Positions 37,751-46,553 of a stretch of DNA of 64,000 nt are shown here, piece by piece. This stretch comes from a virus: IMG/VR virus record IMGVR_UViG_3300026521_000466, positions 32,001 through 96,000 of that record. One strand, given 5' to 3'. Numbering within the stretch: position 1 is the first letter of the stretch; every line of letters begins with the position of its first letter. The notes beneath the pieces were generated by a model, which did not search any database, was not told where the DNA came from, and saw nothing but the letters and a program-made list of their open reading frames with translations. Made by a program: the position numbers and the translations under genes.

Positions 37751-40120
37751 ATGAGCTTAGATATACTTAGACGTGTGGATTATGCTTCTGGGCCAGAGGG
37801 TATTGTAAATGCTGAACTGGTGAACATTATGGCATTTAACATTGCCAACGCTGTAGATTACGAGGGCTTTGACGATATCGGTGAAGAGTTGCAACTCCGT
37901 ACTGTGTTTGAACACCTGATTAATTTTAACCATTTTACAGTGGGAGGAACAGCAAATGACGTGGAGATCACCAACCTTGCAGCGGTATCAACCTATGTTG
38001 ATGGCATGTATATAAAGTTCACCGCAAAGCACACGAATACCGGCAGCATGACGTTGAAGGTAAACAGCGGTAATGCTTTAGCTATGAAAATGATGGGTGG
38101 TGACGAAGTACCTGCTGGGTTTATTCGTGCCGGTGAAGATGTAATTGCTATTTTCAATGGAACAGACTTTACTGTCCTTTCCATTAGTGACAGAAAAATT
38201 ATTGGTAATCTTAATAATCAAGTTGAGATACTGCCTACTGGCGTACAATGGATTAAGTCAGGCGCTGGTAAATATAACGCTATAGTGTCAGATGATGGTA
38301 GCGATATGTCTATTGGTTATAAAGGAGATGAAGATGAAGCATTTACTAAGCTGTTATCATTTCAATCAGATGGTGAAGTGCTACTGCATAAAGCAGGTAC
38401 AACAGGCGCTAGCCTAATTAACAAATTTCAACTTGATGGATCTATTAGCGCCATTTATGATACAATGAACACATATCAAGGTATCTTATACCCTGAAGTA
38501 TATGATGGTCCGTCATTAATATCAGCCACTGACGTTAATTCTTTTGTGGCTGCCGCGAATAGTCTGAACTATAAAAGATTAGAATATGATGTAACTATTG
38601 AGTTGGCCGAAGGCACATATGCATTAAATAATGATGGTGGATATGGTGTGAAATTCACCCATATAAATGATAATGGAGACACAAATCAAAAATTTAATAG
38701 ACTAACTATTAAAGCAGCTGATAATGCAGAGGTGATAATAGAAGGAACATGCCGAGATTGTGGAGATGGCTTGAATGAGGATACTGTATTTGGTATTTCT
38801 GCGTCTAATAATATAGCGATTAAAGATATTAAATTTTCAAATGCAACACGTTGGTTAATGAATATAATTATGTCCACAGATATTAGGATGTCTAATATAA
38901 GTACTGTCGAAGATGATAATTGGTGTAATACATGGCTGTATATAAGTGGTCATTCAACTGTATACATGTCACACTGTACTATACATAATGCTTATCAGGG
39001 GATACAAGGCATGCGTTCCACTATTACATATGATCACATATCATTTACAGCGGATGATGAGGACCACGGCGAACCAGCGATCGGAATGGCAGCCTCTTTT
39101 TGGGGATGTGATTTAATAGATTATGGCTATGGGTTCATGAATATGAATAATTACGAAGTAGGAATCTCAGTAAGTAAATGCACCGGAACAATACATGTTG
39201 CTTTTGATAGTGTTGTAGATAGACCTTTAAAGATAACTGACTCAAGTATTAAGTCAGTTCAAGTTAACGGCGGGTCCTGTAACAACACCGCAGTAGAGAT
39301 TCAAAATTCAACAATTGATATACTTAATGTTGCAGATATTGATAATTCAGTTTATGCGGTATATATAAAAGATTCAGAAATCGGCAGTGGTTACATATCA
39401 GACCTTTACCGTAATTTATATCCTGTATATATTGAAAACAGCCTACTAAAAAATTTCCAAGACATCACCGTTGCAGGAGACACAGAAGATGATCGTGGAA
39501 TTCGGGCCATTAACTCGACTATACATGTTGACGATATAATTGCAAACAATGTAAAATGGGGATGTCAATTTGAACGATGTGAATTATTTATCAATGGTGA
39601 TATTACTTTAACAGGTAGGGATGATACAAGAGGAGACGACGATTCGTTTGGGATTATTTTGAATAAGTCTTCCCTCATTAGATATTTAGGAATTACAAAT
39701 ATCAATATCGATAAATTTCACTATGGCGTTAGATGTTATAATAATGCATTATTTAATAACTCCAATTTAACAATTAATGATGTATCGGTAGGGTTATATG
39801 CCATCTATAGTTCCAAGATATATGCTAATTATGCAACTATTCAGAATTGTAGCTCGGTAGCGGTATATGCAAGTGATTTGTCTATATGTAAAATTAATTA
39901 TTCTGATATAACTATGGTAAATGATGAAGGTGTTATTTTTAAGGCAGAAAGAAAGGCAAGTATAGATGGTTGGGATGCTACTATAAATAATCCAAATACA
40001 GATATGCTTATTTATTCTAGTAAAGGAGCGTATATAGACATGCACGGAAATGCAGATGACTATACATTGAATATTGAGCCAAACACTGTTACTATTGACG
40101 GAACAATACGAATATCATAA
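37751..40120 (+). CDS. Tail fibre/tailspike with right-handed beta-helix
   Basis: Fibre domain GGTAND...YVDGMYIKFTAKHTNTGSMTLKVN, then TIELAEGTY and long Ile/Asn/Ser/Gly beta-helix repeats. Confidence 0.75.
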   Translation: MSLDILRRVDYASGPEGIVNAELVNIMAFNIANAVDYEGFDDIGEELQLRTVFEHLINFNHFTVGGTANDVEITNLAAVSTYVDGMYIKFTAKHTNTGSMTLKVNSGNALAMKMMGGDEVPAGFIRAGEDVIAIFNGTDFTVLSISDRKIIGNLNNQVEILPTGVQWIKSGAGKYNAIVSDDGSDMSIGYKGDEDEAFTKLLSFQSDGEVLLHKAGTTGASLINKFQLDGSISAIYDTMNTYQGILYPEVYDGPSLISATDVNSFVAAANSLNYKRLEYDVTIELAEGTYALNNDGGYGVKFTHINDNGDTNQKFNRLTIKAADNAEVIIEGTCRDCGDGLNEDTVFGISASNNIAIKDIKFSNATRWLMNIIMSTDIRMSNISTVEDDNWCNTWLYISGHSTVYMSHCTIHNAYQGIQGMRSTITYDHISFTADDEDHGEPAIGMAASFWGCDLIDYGYGFMNMNNYEVGISVSKCTGTIHVAFDSVVDRPLKITDSSIKSVQVNGGSCNNTAVEIQNSTIDILNVADIDNSVYAVYIKDSEIGSGYISDLYRNLYPVYIENSLLKNFQDITVAGDTEDDRGIRAINSTIHVDDIIANNVKWGCQFERCELFINGDITLTGRDDTRGDDDSFGIILNKSSLIRYLGITNINIDKFHYGVRCYNNALFNNSNLTINDVSVGLYAIYSSKIYANYATIQNCSSVAVYASDLSICKINYSDITMVNDEGVIFKAERKASIDGWDATINNPNTDMLIYSSKGAYIDMHGNADDYTLNIEPNTVTIDGTIRIS

Positions 40121-40138
40121 GAAACTAAAGGACCACAA

Positions 40139-40609
40139 ATGACTAGATTTGAAGAACAAGCAATAAAAAGAGCAGAACATATGCTTAGGATAATGAAAAA
40201 AGAAGATCCGAACACTCCATACACACTTGAAGATTTTATAATAAAAAAACCAAAGGCGCTAGAGCAAGCGCCTTCTCTTCAAATAGAAAGTATTGAAGAG
40301 AAGCCCGGTTTTACAGAAGACTTTTTTATAGGACAAATTGAAAGATTTATCCAAAATGAAGTGAAGAGATTAAACAAAGCAAAGAAGATCAAACTTCAGA
40401 ATAAAATATCATGTAAACTCTATGGTGAAACAGAGGGATATATTTATCAGCAAGAGTGTATTGATATCTGGAACTGGTCCGTAAAAGATGTTTATGAGCC
40501 TATGAGAGTCTGGAAAGATACACTCACAGAGATTCCCACATTGGAAGAGTTTGAAGCAGAACTTAACAAACATAAGTATACAGTAGTATACCCTGAAGAG
40601 GAGGAGTAA
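40139..40609 (+). CDS. Hypothetical protein, possible tail-fibre assembly factor
   Basis: Directly after the fibre gene; W...VY...IPTLEEF.AEL C-terminus. Confidence 0.55.
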   Translation: MTRFEEQAIKRAEHMLRIMKKEDPNTPYTLEDFIIKKPKALEQAPSLQIESIEEKPGFTEDFFIGQIERFIQNEVKRLNKAKKIKLQNKISCKLYGETEGYIYQQECIDIWNWSVKDVYEPMRVWKDTLTEIPTLEEFEAELNKHKYTVVYPEEEE

Positions 40610-40612
40610 TTT

Positions 40613-41032
40613 ATGTTTGAAGTGTTATTCCTTATATTTTCAAATGCGGTAATATTTACTATTATCGTGTTCTCATTCATGATAATAGTTCCTATCAATA
40701 TGTTGAGACATATCGTGCTCTCTTTTGATATAAGTGAGTATCTCTATACACTCCTTAAAGGATTGGACCAACTGGGGGGTAGTATCATATATGGTACGGA
40801 GGATTATACTATTTCATCATGGACGTACTACCTCTATAAAAAGAAAGGAAATATCTATGCAAAATACTTTATGGCCTTAATAGACGGCTTAGCAATGGGT
40901 ATGTCATATATACTGTATAAACTAGGTACTCTTAGTGAAGAGGATTATCTTTGGAACAAGAACCATTGCCAAAACAGTTTTATCGACGAAACAAAAACGC
41001 TATACGAAAAAGGAAAGAGTCACATGGAGTAG
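40613..41032 (+). CDS. Membrane protein
   Basis: N-terminal TM; LDQLG...G.ED.TISS...ID...HC..S motif typical of small tail-module proteins. Confidence 0.65.
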   Translation: MFEVLFLIFSNAVIFTIIVFSFMIIVPINMLRHIVLSFDISEYLYTLLKGLDQLGGSIIYGTEDYTISSWTYYLYKKKGNIYAKYFMALIDGLAMGMSYILYKLGTLSEEDYLWNKNHCQNSFIDETKTLYEKGKSHME

Positions 41033-41048
41033 CGATCGCTACTCCATG
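41023..41048. terminator. Perfect 26-bp palindrome at convergent junction
   Basis: catggagtagcga|tcgctactccatg; both proteins end in M-E-stop. Confidence 0.7.
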
Positions 41049-42259
41049 ACTTTCTGTTCTTTTAGTTCTTTATGTATAAGTTCCAGTAATTCAGTGGTCT
41101 CTTTCTGAGTCCAGTTTTTATTACTAGGATCAATCACATTACGCTCTTTCAGCATTTGCTCCATAGCATAAGTATTTCCATCTCTCCAGACAATCTCTAT
41201 CCTATGCATAGTGGCGAAGTTAGGATAACGGTTGTATATCTCTTTACTATAACCTAACTGTTTCATAAACATACGGACCTTCTTAAACTCCCCCTTCCGA
41301 ATCAATGACATAGCATAATCCACATCCTTCACTTCCATTTCAGAAGGGAACCAAATCTTATTCTTATCCTCCATAATATCCACTACAACTTCAGTATGTG
41401 TGAACAGATGATAGATGACAAATAGTGGAGCGTCTATCTCGATAAAATTTAAGTTGTTATATCCAGTCTGCATATCAAGTGCACTTATATTTCGATCCCA
41501 TCTATACTCATTATAGTTTAAATTTGCATTATATTTATCATTATAGAATGAAACATTTCCAAATGATTGTGTTGGTTTATATACTAAATAATCAGTTATG
41601 CATTTAAACGGCCCTGTTGAAATATACGTTGAACCAACGAATACCTCATGCGCTTCTTTCACTTCTTTAATGCTCAGCATTTTATTTACAAGAGCTATCA
41701 ACTCTATGGTGGAATTACTTCGATCCATAGAGACCATCTTTTGTATTATGTCTGCTTGAAATGCTATATCTTCTGCATAACCGCCTATGGTCATAGTAAC
41801 CTCTTCTTCACATAAGGAGTCGCTGGAGACATCAACTACTCTGGCTGAGACACTGACAATAGTAGCTATCGATTTTATAACCACTGTCGCCCACATATGT
41901 TTTGGAAGCGTTACTCTGAATACATAGTATGGTGCATCTGATACAATATATTCACTTTCAGGAACATTAGCAATCATCACAGCTCTTAGGTTAGTGTGGA
42001 GATGCCCATTCTTTACATGTCCATACCTCATCAATTCAAAGTGCTCATCATCGATCATGGATGCTGGCTTTACTAACTTAACAGGGTAATATTCCACCGG
42101 ACGAGAAGGTCGATTGCCCGCTCCCTCTTTCAACAGTGCTTCAAACCTCTTTTCTGGATAGTTCGCTTTATCTTTTCCTCTGGATACTGCCGCAAATTGA
42201 GTAACCCACTCATGGACTACATCTTTCTCAGGGTCAAATTTAAAGACCTCTATATTCAT
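41039..42259 (-). CDS. thyX: Diverged ThyX-like flavin-dependent thymidylate synthase
   Basis: AAVSRGK, SRPVEY, TNLR, F.EI.APLFV..HLFTHT, KEIYNR, ER......TQKET; the canonical RHRx7S is degenerate. Confidence 0.55.
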   Translation of the reverse strand: MNIEVFKFDPEKDVVHEWVTQFAAVSRGKDKANYPEKRFEALLKEGAGNRPSRPVEYYPVKLVKPASMIDDEHFELMRYGHVKNGHLHTNLRAVMIANVPESEYIVSDAPYYVFRVTLPKHMWATVVIKSIATIVSVSARVVDVSSDSLCEEEVTMTIGGYAEDIAFQADIIQKMVSMDRSNSTIELIALVNKMLSIKEVKEAHEVFVGSTYISTGPFKCITDYLVYKPTQSFGNVSFYNDKYNANLNYNEYRWDRNISALDMQTGYNNLNFIEIDAPLFVIYHLFTHTEVVVDIMEDKNKIWFPSEMEVKDVDYAMSLIRKGEFKKVRMFMKQLGYSKEIYNRYPNFATMHRIEIVWRDGNTYAMEQMLKERNVIDPSNKNWTQKETTELLELIHKELKEQKVME

Positions 42260-42702
42260 TTTCTCTCCTTCAACTGTTTTCTTGCTTCCTCTTCTGTTCC
42301 CCCAAAAGAGTAATTGCCTTCATTGTTTTGGTCTTTTACAAGATACCCTGGTATAGAGAATGACTCCGATAGTGTGCAGTAAAGAATCACTTCAAATAGA
42401 TCGTTGTTTTTATTCAGTATCTTGAATAGATAATCAGATATGATCAAATGTACTCCTTCACTAACTTCACCATTTAGATACCATTTATCGTCTATCTCCT
42501 CTAAATACCCAGGCACTCCATATGGACACCATTGAATGGTTTGATTTGTTAGATACACATGTTCTATATTAGGCATGTCATAGCGCATTGCCAGTACATC
42601 ACTGCCATGGGTTGTAACTATATCGTTTGACTTACCAACACATGAACTACCAGAAAATACCATCACACCTTTATCGTTATTGATTACTACCGATGAACCC
42701 AT
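42256..42702 (-). CDS. Hypothetical protein
   Basis: Start moved to the ATG at 42702 behind AAGGA. Confidence 0.65.
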   Translation of the reverse strand: MGSSVVINNDKGVMVFSGSSCVGKSNDIVTTHGSDVLAMRYDMPNIEHVYLTNQTIQWCPYGVPGYLEEIDDKWYLNGEVSEGVHLIISDYLFKILNKNNDLFEVILYCTLSESFSIPGYLVKDQNNEGNYSFGGTEEEARKQLKERK

Positions 42703-42754
42703 CTCTTTTTTCCTTTTTAAAAAAAGATAGATGTGGGGAGACCCCACACCATGC

Positions 42755-43339
42755 TTAAACGTGTTCCTCTACGCCATCATCTTCCGGCTCCGCATCCACC
42801 GGATCAGTTTTTGCAGCTTCTGCTTTTTCTGCATCACTGATTGCACGTAACTCATCGGTGGCTTCTTTGATGTGTTGATATGCTGTATCGATGAACTCTT
42901 TCTCCACACCCTCACGCGATGCGCGGATCTCGTTTGTATCCATATTAATGAGGAGTGTGATCCCATCTTTTCCATATTCCATGTTATTTGTCATTGGAAC
43001 ATATCTAAGAGCGAATCCTTTATCTTCACAAATGGTTTTAAGTTTACCATTTGTAATAAGGAACAACTTGATCTCTTCCATCGTATTTGATGTTTCAACC
43101 ATAATTGATCCGATGATATCACTTACCTTATCCGTGCCTTCTTGCACGGTAATAGACTCCACGATAGTTGCTTGGAGCAATTTAATCAACTCATTGATAT
43201 CTTCAATGTTTGGTTCCATAGCAATAATTGCGGCGTATAGTTCCGCGCTCATATTTGATACTTGTGTGTTTCCACAAGTCTCCTCCGTTACTTCCTTAGC
43301 AGTTTCTGCCATTTCAACATTCTCATTTTCGTTAGCCAT
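42755..43339 (-). CDS. Acidic early hypothetical protein
   Basis: 194 aa; AAGGA RBS; promoter at 43383-43391. Confidence 0.8.
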   Translation of the reverse strand: MANENENVEMAETAKEVTEETCGNTQVSNMSAELYAAIIAMEPNIEDINELIKLLQATIVESITVQEGTDKVSDIIGSIMVETSNTMEEIKLFLITNGKLKTICEDKGFALRYVPMTNNMEYGKDGITLLINMDTNEIRASREGVEKEFIDTAYQHIKEATDELRAISDAEKAEAAKTDPVDAEPEDDGVEEHV

Positions 43340-43382
43340 GTTTTTTTCCTTTTTTTAGTATACTACATCTGTAGTTCACCAT

Positions 43383-43391
43383 AATAATATA
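43383..43391 (-). promoter_or_regulatory. Early-type promoter motif TATATTATT
   Basis: Intergenic copy. Confidence 0.6.
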
Positions 43392-43405
43392 CAAAAGAAA
43401 AAATA

Positions 43406-43429
43406 CTATGGTGGATCTCTCCACCATAG
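43406..43429 (-). terminator. Intrinsic terminator
   Basis: ctatggtgga/tccaccatag plus T-run on the minus strand. Confidence 0.65.
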
Positions 43430-43435
43430 ATAAAG

Positions 43436-44320
43436 TTATAGTTGTGTAGGTAATTTAAATGGCAACCTGTTCGTGTTTCTTACTGAATATCTGTATACAT
43501 AGTTCCATATATCACTGCCTGTCTCTCTTACTCTAACAAACAATATAGTTGATAAAGTAACTCCATAGTCCGGTATATTGATGTGATCACCGCTATCAGT
43601 ACCTTCATAGACTTTATTTGAATTCATATCATATATCTCTATATCAAAACTATCGACTGGGTTTATATCAAATGATAAAGGACTTCCCAGAGAATACTCT
43701 ATACTTTCATCAATAATCAACACATTCGAGATATGTGTTCTAAAGACGAAGGATGCAAAATCACTGGTAGTATTTGTTATCGTTGTTATTGAAGCTTTTA
43801 ACACATAGACTTGATTCATCTCTAACTCTTTATGTATGTAGATATAATCAAGTGTACTGCTCTCATTACTTAAATCATAAACAAGATTATTATCCATATC
43901 AAATAGAAACCAATCTACTTTCCGTATTTTATCTTCACTGTCTTTGCTTATCCCCAAGTTAAATCTTAAATATTTGATTGGGTAGAAATCCCCACTATCT
44001 ATAGAGGATACGATCTCCGGTATATCAGCATAGATGGGCGGTATGATAAATAGCTCCATATCATTACTATCTTCCACTTCAAAGATTATTGTATCGCTCC
44101 ATGCCTGATACCCGCCAGGTTCAAGATAGAATCTAACACGCGCATAATATTTTGTGCCTGTAGCTAGTGAAATATTATAATCTCTTGCCAGTAACTCAAC
44201 TTCTTTTTCGTCATCTATCAGCATATCGGAGAAATCTTCATTCTCAGATATTTGTACCCATGTCTTTGTATGTACTTCGTCGTTCTCCAGAGTAGGAGGC
44301 ATTATCTTTACATATAGCAT
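43436..44320 (-). CDS. FN3/Ig-like domain protein, probably virion
   Basis: QISENEDFS, L..GTKYYARVRF....YQAWSD FN3 pattern. Confidence 0.6.
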   Translation of the reverse strand: MLYVKIMPPTLENDEVHTKTWVQISENEDFSDMLIDDEKEVELLARDYNISLATGTKYYARVRFYLEPGGYQAWSDTIIFEVEDSNDMELFIIPPIYADIPEIVSSIDSGDFYPIKYLRFNLGISKDSEDKIRKVDWFLFDMDNNLVYDLSNESSTLDYIYIHKELEMNQVYVLKASITTITNTTSDFASFVFRTHISNVLIIDESIEYSLGSPLSFDINPVDSFDIEIYDMNSNKVYEGTDSGDHINIPDYGVTLSTILFVRVRETGSDIWNYVYRYSVRNTNRLPFKLPTQL

Positions 44321-44437
44321 ATTTATCCTTTATTGAATATCATCATCTAATAGAAACAAAAAAGAAAGAGTACAGGTCTGAGCTTTTACCTCGCATCCTA
44401 CTGTCCCTTAGAAATTGAAAAAAGAATCACTCCATGC

Positions 44438-45928
44438 TTATGCATAGAGTGTATTCGGGTATGTAGATTCTGTTATTGTCTTAACTCTCTGCAAGAGATA
44501 CTTTTTATTTCTTCTTACATATTTAGCATGTTGCGGAACTACTGTGGATACTAATTGTGTAAATATTACCTGTACCTCATTTTCTCTCAATCTTCCTATC
44601 ATTTGGAACAGGGCAGATATACTATCCATATTAATAGTATTTAGCGTGTAGATAAGCCCTTTAATGTCAATAGCTGCACCCAATGATTGTGAGTGTGATA
44701 CTCTGATGTCAGGCTCTAAGGCATTCTCATATTTTGAACCGCCTATATATTTCCTTACATCTAAGTCTTTATAGTGTTTCTTCAAACTCTCTGTTAGAAA
44801 ATCTATCATATCAAGAGATGATGCATAAACCAAACACTTATGGCCATCCTCTCTCTTTGACATATAATGTTTATCAATATAGAAAACTACCATGCGGAAG
44901 AACTCTTTTCTCAATCTCTTATTTTGCAATATGAATTTTTCAAATCGCTTATGTGAGTAGCCGTATCCGTATGAGAAGTTCATGCGTTTAGCAGAATGGA
45001 TATGATAGTTTGCATTCTCTATGATAGTAAATCGTTTATATGCCTCCAGCGCTAATCTTGACTCTTTAGGAAACAGTTGTTTATGGAACTTTTCCAATGA
45101 ACTATCCTTCGTGATCAGGGTAGCGCTCAACGCAATCATTCTTTTTGGATCTAGCATCATAGTTGCTATGAATATGTTATTAAACGATTGATGTGTTTCA
45201 TCTGAAAGCATAATGCCTAGATTCTTTTTCTCCATAAACTCATCAGGCTGTAGTGCATATCCATCATTCACTATAGCGGAGTTTGACGTATTTTCAAAAT
45301 AGACCCTCATAGTATCAGCAGACGCGATAACTATTTTGTACTGTTTGCTGTCATCCATAAACTCCTTTAAGGAATCACTCCCCTGTATTACACATATCTC
45401 GTCCTTAGTTACTTTTAGATAGGTTTCGATATCCTCTATCCATTTATCTATATAGCGAGGAAGGATATATATTAGTACACCTTTGTTTATTTTTGATATA
45501 GCCTCTGCAAACATATATGTTTTACCATATCCTGTCTCAGCTTCAACTATGACTCTGTGATGTGATTTATCAGAAACCATACCGTCGATAAAGAACGGTT
45601 GCTCATCACGCGGTGTAAATGATACATTCATCTCAAACGGCACAGTGTCAGTATCAGTCTCTCTTACCGATACGGCGACATCCCGTTTACTAATACCATT
45701 ACTGAATATATGGTAAAAGAACTCTTTCATTAATGTATCGATTATTACATATTCATGTTTATAATTTATATAGTAGTAGTAGCGATCAGACTTTTCATAC
45801 TTGGTAATACCTTTAGATCTTACTGGTTTATAGGTATATGAATTTCTGAGAAATCCTTTTACTACCCTATCCTCTTTGTCATCTGAGGGCAGTACCCTGA
45901 TTGTTTGGTTGTAGCGTATAACTTTCAT
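44438..45928 (-). CDS. SF2 DExH helicase (phiKZ gp75-like)
   Basis: AETGYGKT, DETH, LSAT, QMIGRLR. Confidence 0.9.
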   Translation of the reverse strand: MKVIRYNQTIRVLPSDDKEDRVVKGFLRNSYTYKPVRSKGITKYEKSDRYYYYINYKHEYVIIDTLMKEFFYHIFSNGISKRDVAVSVRETDTDTVPFEMNVSFTPRDEQPFFIDGMVSDKSHHRVIVEAETGYGKTYMFAEAISKINKGVLIYILPRYIDKWIEDIETYLKVTKDEICVIQGSDSLKEFMDDSKQYKIVIASADTMRVYFENTSNSAIVNDGYALQPDEFMEKKNLGIMLSDETHQSFNNIFIATMMLDPKRMIALSATLITKDSSLEKFHKQLFPKESRLALEAYKRFTIIENANYHIHSAKRMNFSYGYGYSHKRFEKFILQNKRLRKEFFRMVVFYIDKHYMSKREDGHKCLVYASSLDMIDFLTESLKKHYKDLDVRKYIGGSKYENALEPDIRVSHSQSLGAAIDIKGLIYTLNTINMDSISALFQMIGRLRENEVQVIFTQLVSTVVPQHAKYVRRNKKYLLQRVKTITESTYPNTLYA

Positions 45929-45981
45929 ACCCTCTCCTTATAGTAGTTAAGACATTATCATAGAAACATCTTATGTACAAT

Positions 45982-45990
45982 AATAATATA
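45982..45990 (-). promoter_or_regulatory. Early-type promoter motif TATATTATT for the helicase
   Basis: Intergenic copy. Confidence 0.65.
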
Positions 45991-46011
45991 TAAAGAAAAA
46001 AAACTAACCCA

Positions 46012-46044
46012 CGACATCATATGGTTTGCGGCCATATGATGTCG
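46012..46044 (-). terminator. Terminator closing the putative ncRNA
   Basis: 13-bp stem cgacatcatatgg/ccatatgatgtcg followed by a T-run on the minus strand. Confidence 0.75.
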
Positions 46045-46478
46045 GTTACATACTCACTCAACTGTGCACTGTCGAGGGCTGCTTGCATTTGTACCTTTTC
46101 TGGGTAAAGGCGTCTCCTTCAGGTCAACTCCGGAGATCTTACTTCATAAACTGGGGCTGGTCCCCATTAACGACAGGAGTTACCGATGACCCGGCTATCC
46201 CCACGGCGTTTTACGACATACACGCTCTGCCGGAGCAGGTCAGACTACCCCACTCACTTTTACGAGGCCACAATGCCTCTTCCATATAGCGATATAGTGC
46301 CATGTCCGTTTAGCACTTCAGTCATTTGTTTCGCGCAATGACATTACCCGCCGCGAGAACAGTGTTTGCAAGTCACTGTTCATTTATGGTCCTTTCGGAC
46401 GTGCTTTGGCCGTCGCCGCGATAATCATATCACCAAGTATAACTACCGCAAATACAGAATTTCCTATCCTATACTCAC
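46045..46478 (-). ncRNA. Putative large structured ncRNA (~430 nt), family unrecognised
   Basis: Bounded by a promoter motif and a terminator; GC far above genome background; no credible ORF; many nested helices with G-U pairs and a GAAA tetraloop on the minus strand. Confidence 0.7.
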
Positions 46479-46481
46479 AAT

Positions 46482-46490
46482 AATAATATA
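46482..46490 (-). promoter_or_regulatory. Early-type promoter motif TATATTATT for the putative ncRNA
   Basis: Intergenic copy with no protein gene downstream before the next terminator. Confidence 0.65.
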
Positions 46491-46529
46491 TAAACATAGT
46501 ATCTTGGAAATTGAAAAAAGATAATGTCA

Positions 46530-46553
46530 CCTAGGTGGAATTAACCACCTAGG
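46530..46553 (-). terminator. Stem-loop overlapping the nvRNAP beta' stop
   Basis: cctaggtgg/ccacctagg, T-run about 10 nt downstream. Confidence 0.6.

Noticed and set aside
46026-46289. 87-aa plus-strand ORF in the GC-rich island
   Set aside because: TTG start inside the terminator loop, no RBS, atypical composition, and opposite to the promoter/terminator orientation.
46045-46478. Identity as tmRNA, RNase P, or group I/II intron
   Set aside because: No tRNA-like ends or T-loop. AGGAAAUUCUG only loosely resembles RNase P CR-I and no CR-V is seen. Plus-strand CAGACTA/GATATAGTG resembles group I R/S but P7 mispairs and no gene is interrupted. No group II domain V.
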